From: Spizellomyces punctatus DAOM BR117
Taxonomy: Eukaryota
Length of the DNA: 64,000 nucleotides
NCBI GenBank assembly: GCA_000182565.2
Contig: KQ257452.1
Direction: 5' to 3' (one strand)
Made by a program: the position numbers and the translations under genes. How positions within the stretch are numbered: the stretch's first letter is position 1; each line of letters begins with the position of its first letter. Shown here piece after piece: positions 62,918 through 64,000 of this stretch. The notes beneath the pieces were generated by a model that worked only from the letters and a program-made list of their open reading frames with translations, was not told the DNA's origin and searched no databases.

Positions 62918-64000
62918 TGTAAAGATAAGATGTTAATGGAATCATTCCCGATTGGGTTCGTGTGCTGGGAGAAGAGCGTTGCAAGGAAGATCACTGCTTG
63001 CTGGATGAGTCATCGCCTTTGTGGCGATCACTTTTATCGTAAGCACGATCGCCCGCCCCTCATGAGGCATCAAACCATCTAGTACACCGTCGGAGGCTGC
63101 TTTATGACTTTGTTGTGGTGACCTTTCCCATCGTCTTTGGCGAGGGTCATTGTTGGCAATTAGATAATTTGTATCCTCAATAGCTTTGCATCGACTCCCC
63201 CCGTATCTCTTTGAACCAGGCTAGGAATAACATTGGTGATAACCTGACCAATCCAGCAAGGTTCGAGGAATTCAGCGGCGATGCAAAGATGATAGAGGTC
63301 ACTTCCGTTCTGTGTAAAGTTGAACTTATGGAGATTCGATGGGCGATGTCCGCGAGTGTTTTAGATTCGTTTAGGCCCTCTTCAAGTATCTAATCCCCAT
63401 TGTAAATGTAGCGAGATACGATATCCTATACAAAATGATACCAAGTTCTCTCAATCCTTCAGAGATGCAGGGCATACTTTGGCAATTTGCCATTGAAAAG
63501 CAAGACAATGTTTATCGATTAGATTGCTTTTTTTTTTCTTTTGTAATTTCATAGATCTGAAGAGGTTTTATTGTTGAATAGTATACTGGTAGCCAACTTT
63601 GATGATATGACGCATTAAAATGATAGCTTGCGTACACATACTTGGGCATGAGGTGCGCACATTTGAGGTCGCAAGGGAGGGACCCTTGAAGTCTGACAAT
63701 GTTGCGACGGATATCGCGCACCAGTGGTTGCATGTCTAGTAATGGCCATTATCTTCCGCAGTCATATTCGCGTAGGGTCAACCTACTCCGTACTCTTTCT
63801 TGCCGTGTTCCCGCCATCCCGCCAACGATCTTTCACAGCGCAGCGAAAGTACCATGGCATTCAGCCGGGTTATTCAGAAAATGTTTGTACCCCAGCGCCA
63901 TTGCCGCGAAGCTAGTTCTTGAGGGATATGGTCGTAACCATTACCTTCATGCGACAAAGGGGCATCAAACAGTAACGCAATTCTTGAATCTTGAATCGTA

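Noticed and set aside
62950-64000. Short ORFs and an open frame from 63733 to the window end
   Set aside because: No recognisable protein; strand and gene model cannot be decided without flanking sequence
1-64000. Transposons, CRISPR arrays, tRNA or rRNA genes, selenocysteine or readthrough recoding
   Set aside because: None seen; apparent in-frame stops are explained by introns

Overview
Gene-dense eukaryotic (fungal) DNA with short GT-AG introns, mostly ~55-80 nt. Ciliary genes (WDR60/DYNC2I1-like, TEX9-like) sit beside fungal-type housekeeping genes, pointing to a flagellated, early-diverging fungus such as a chytrid (inference). About 30 protein-coding genes are recognisable: MIC60, RPC4, NDUFS6, a p24/ERV25, CGR1, TTC27/EMW1, UTP23, DGAT2, TEX9, ERG3, eIF3m, mitochondrial uS15, SWP1, ATG9, divergent H2A/H2B, YRA1/ALYREF, RPS11, ERD2, NDUFS7, ATP12, CCT8, GMF, ERV14, a PPR protein, XPB/SSL2, WDR60, USO1, SWSAP1-like and several unknowns. 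A U2 snRNA gene lies on the minus strand. Two N gaps flank an apparently identical second copy of most of DGAT2, probably a misassembly. The most interesting non-coding signals are: histone-stem-loop-like hairpins at the same distance after both histone stop codons; a perfect mammalian-type SRE-1 upstream of ERG3; several unusually long structured introns (H/ACA-like in TTC27, C/D-like in RPS11, switch-like in ERG3 and YRA1); and recurring RFX X-box-like palindromes in housekeeping promoters. Exon boundaries and folds were read by eye and are unverified.
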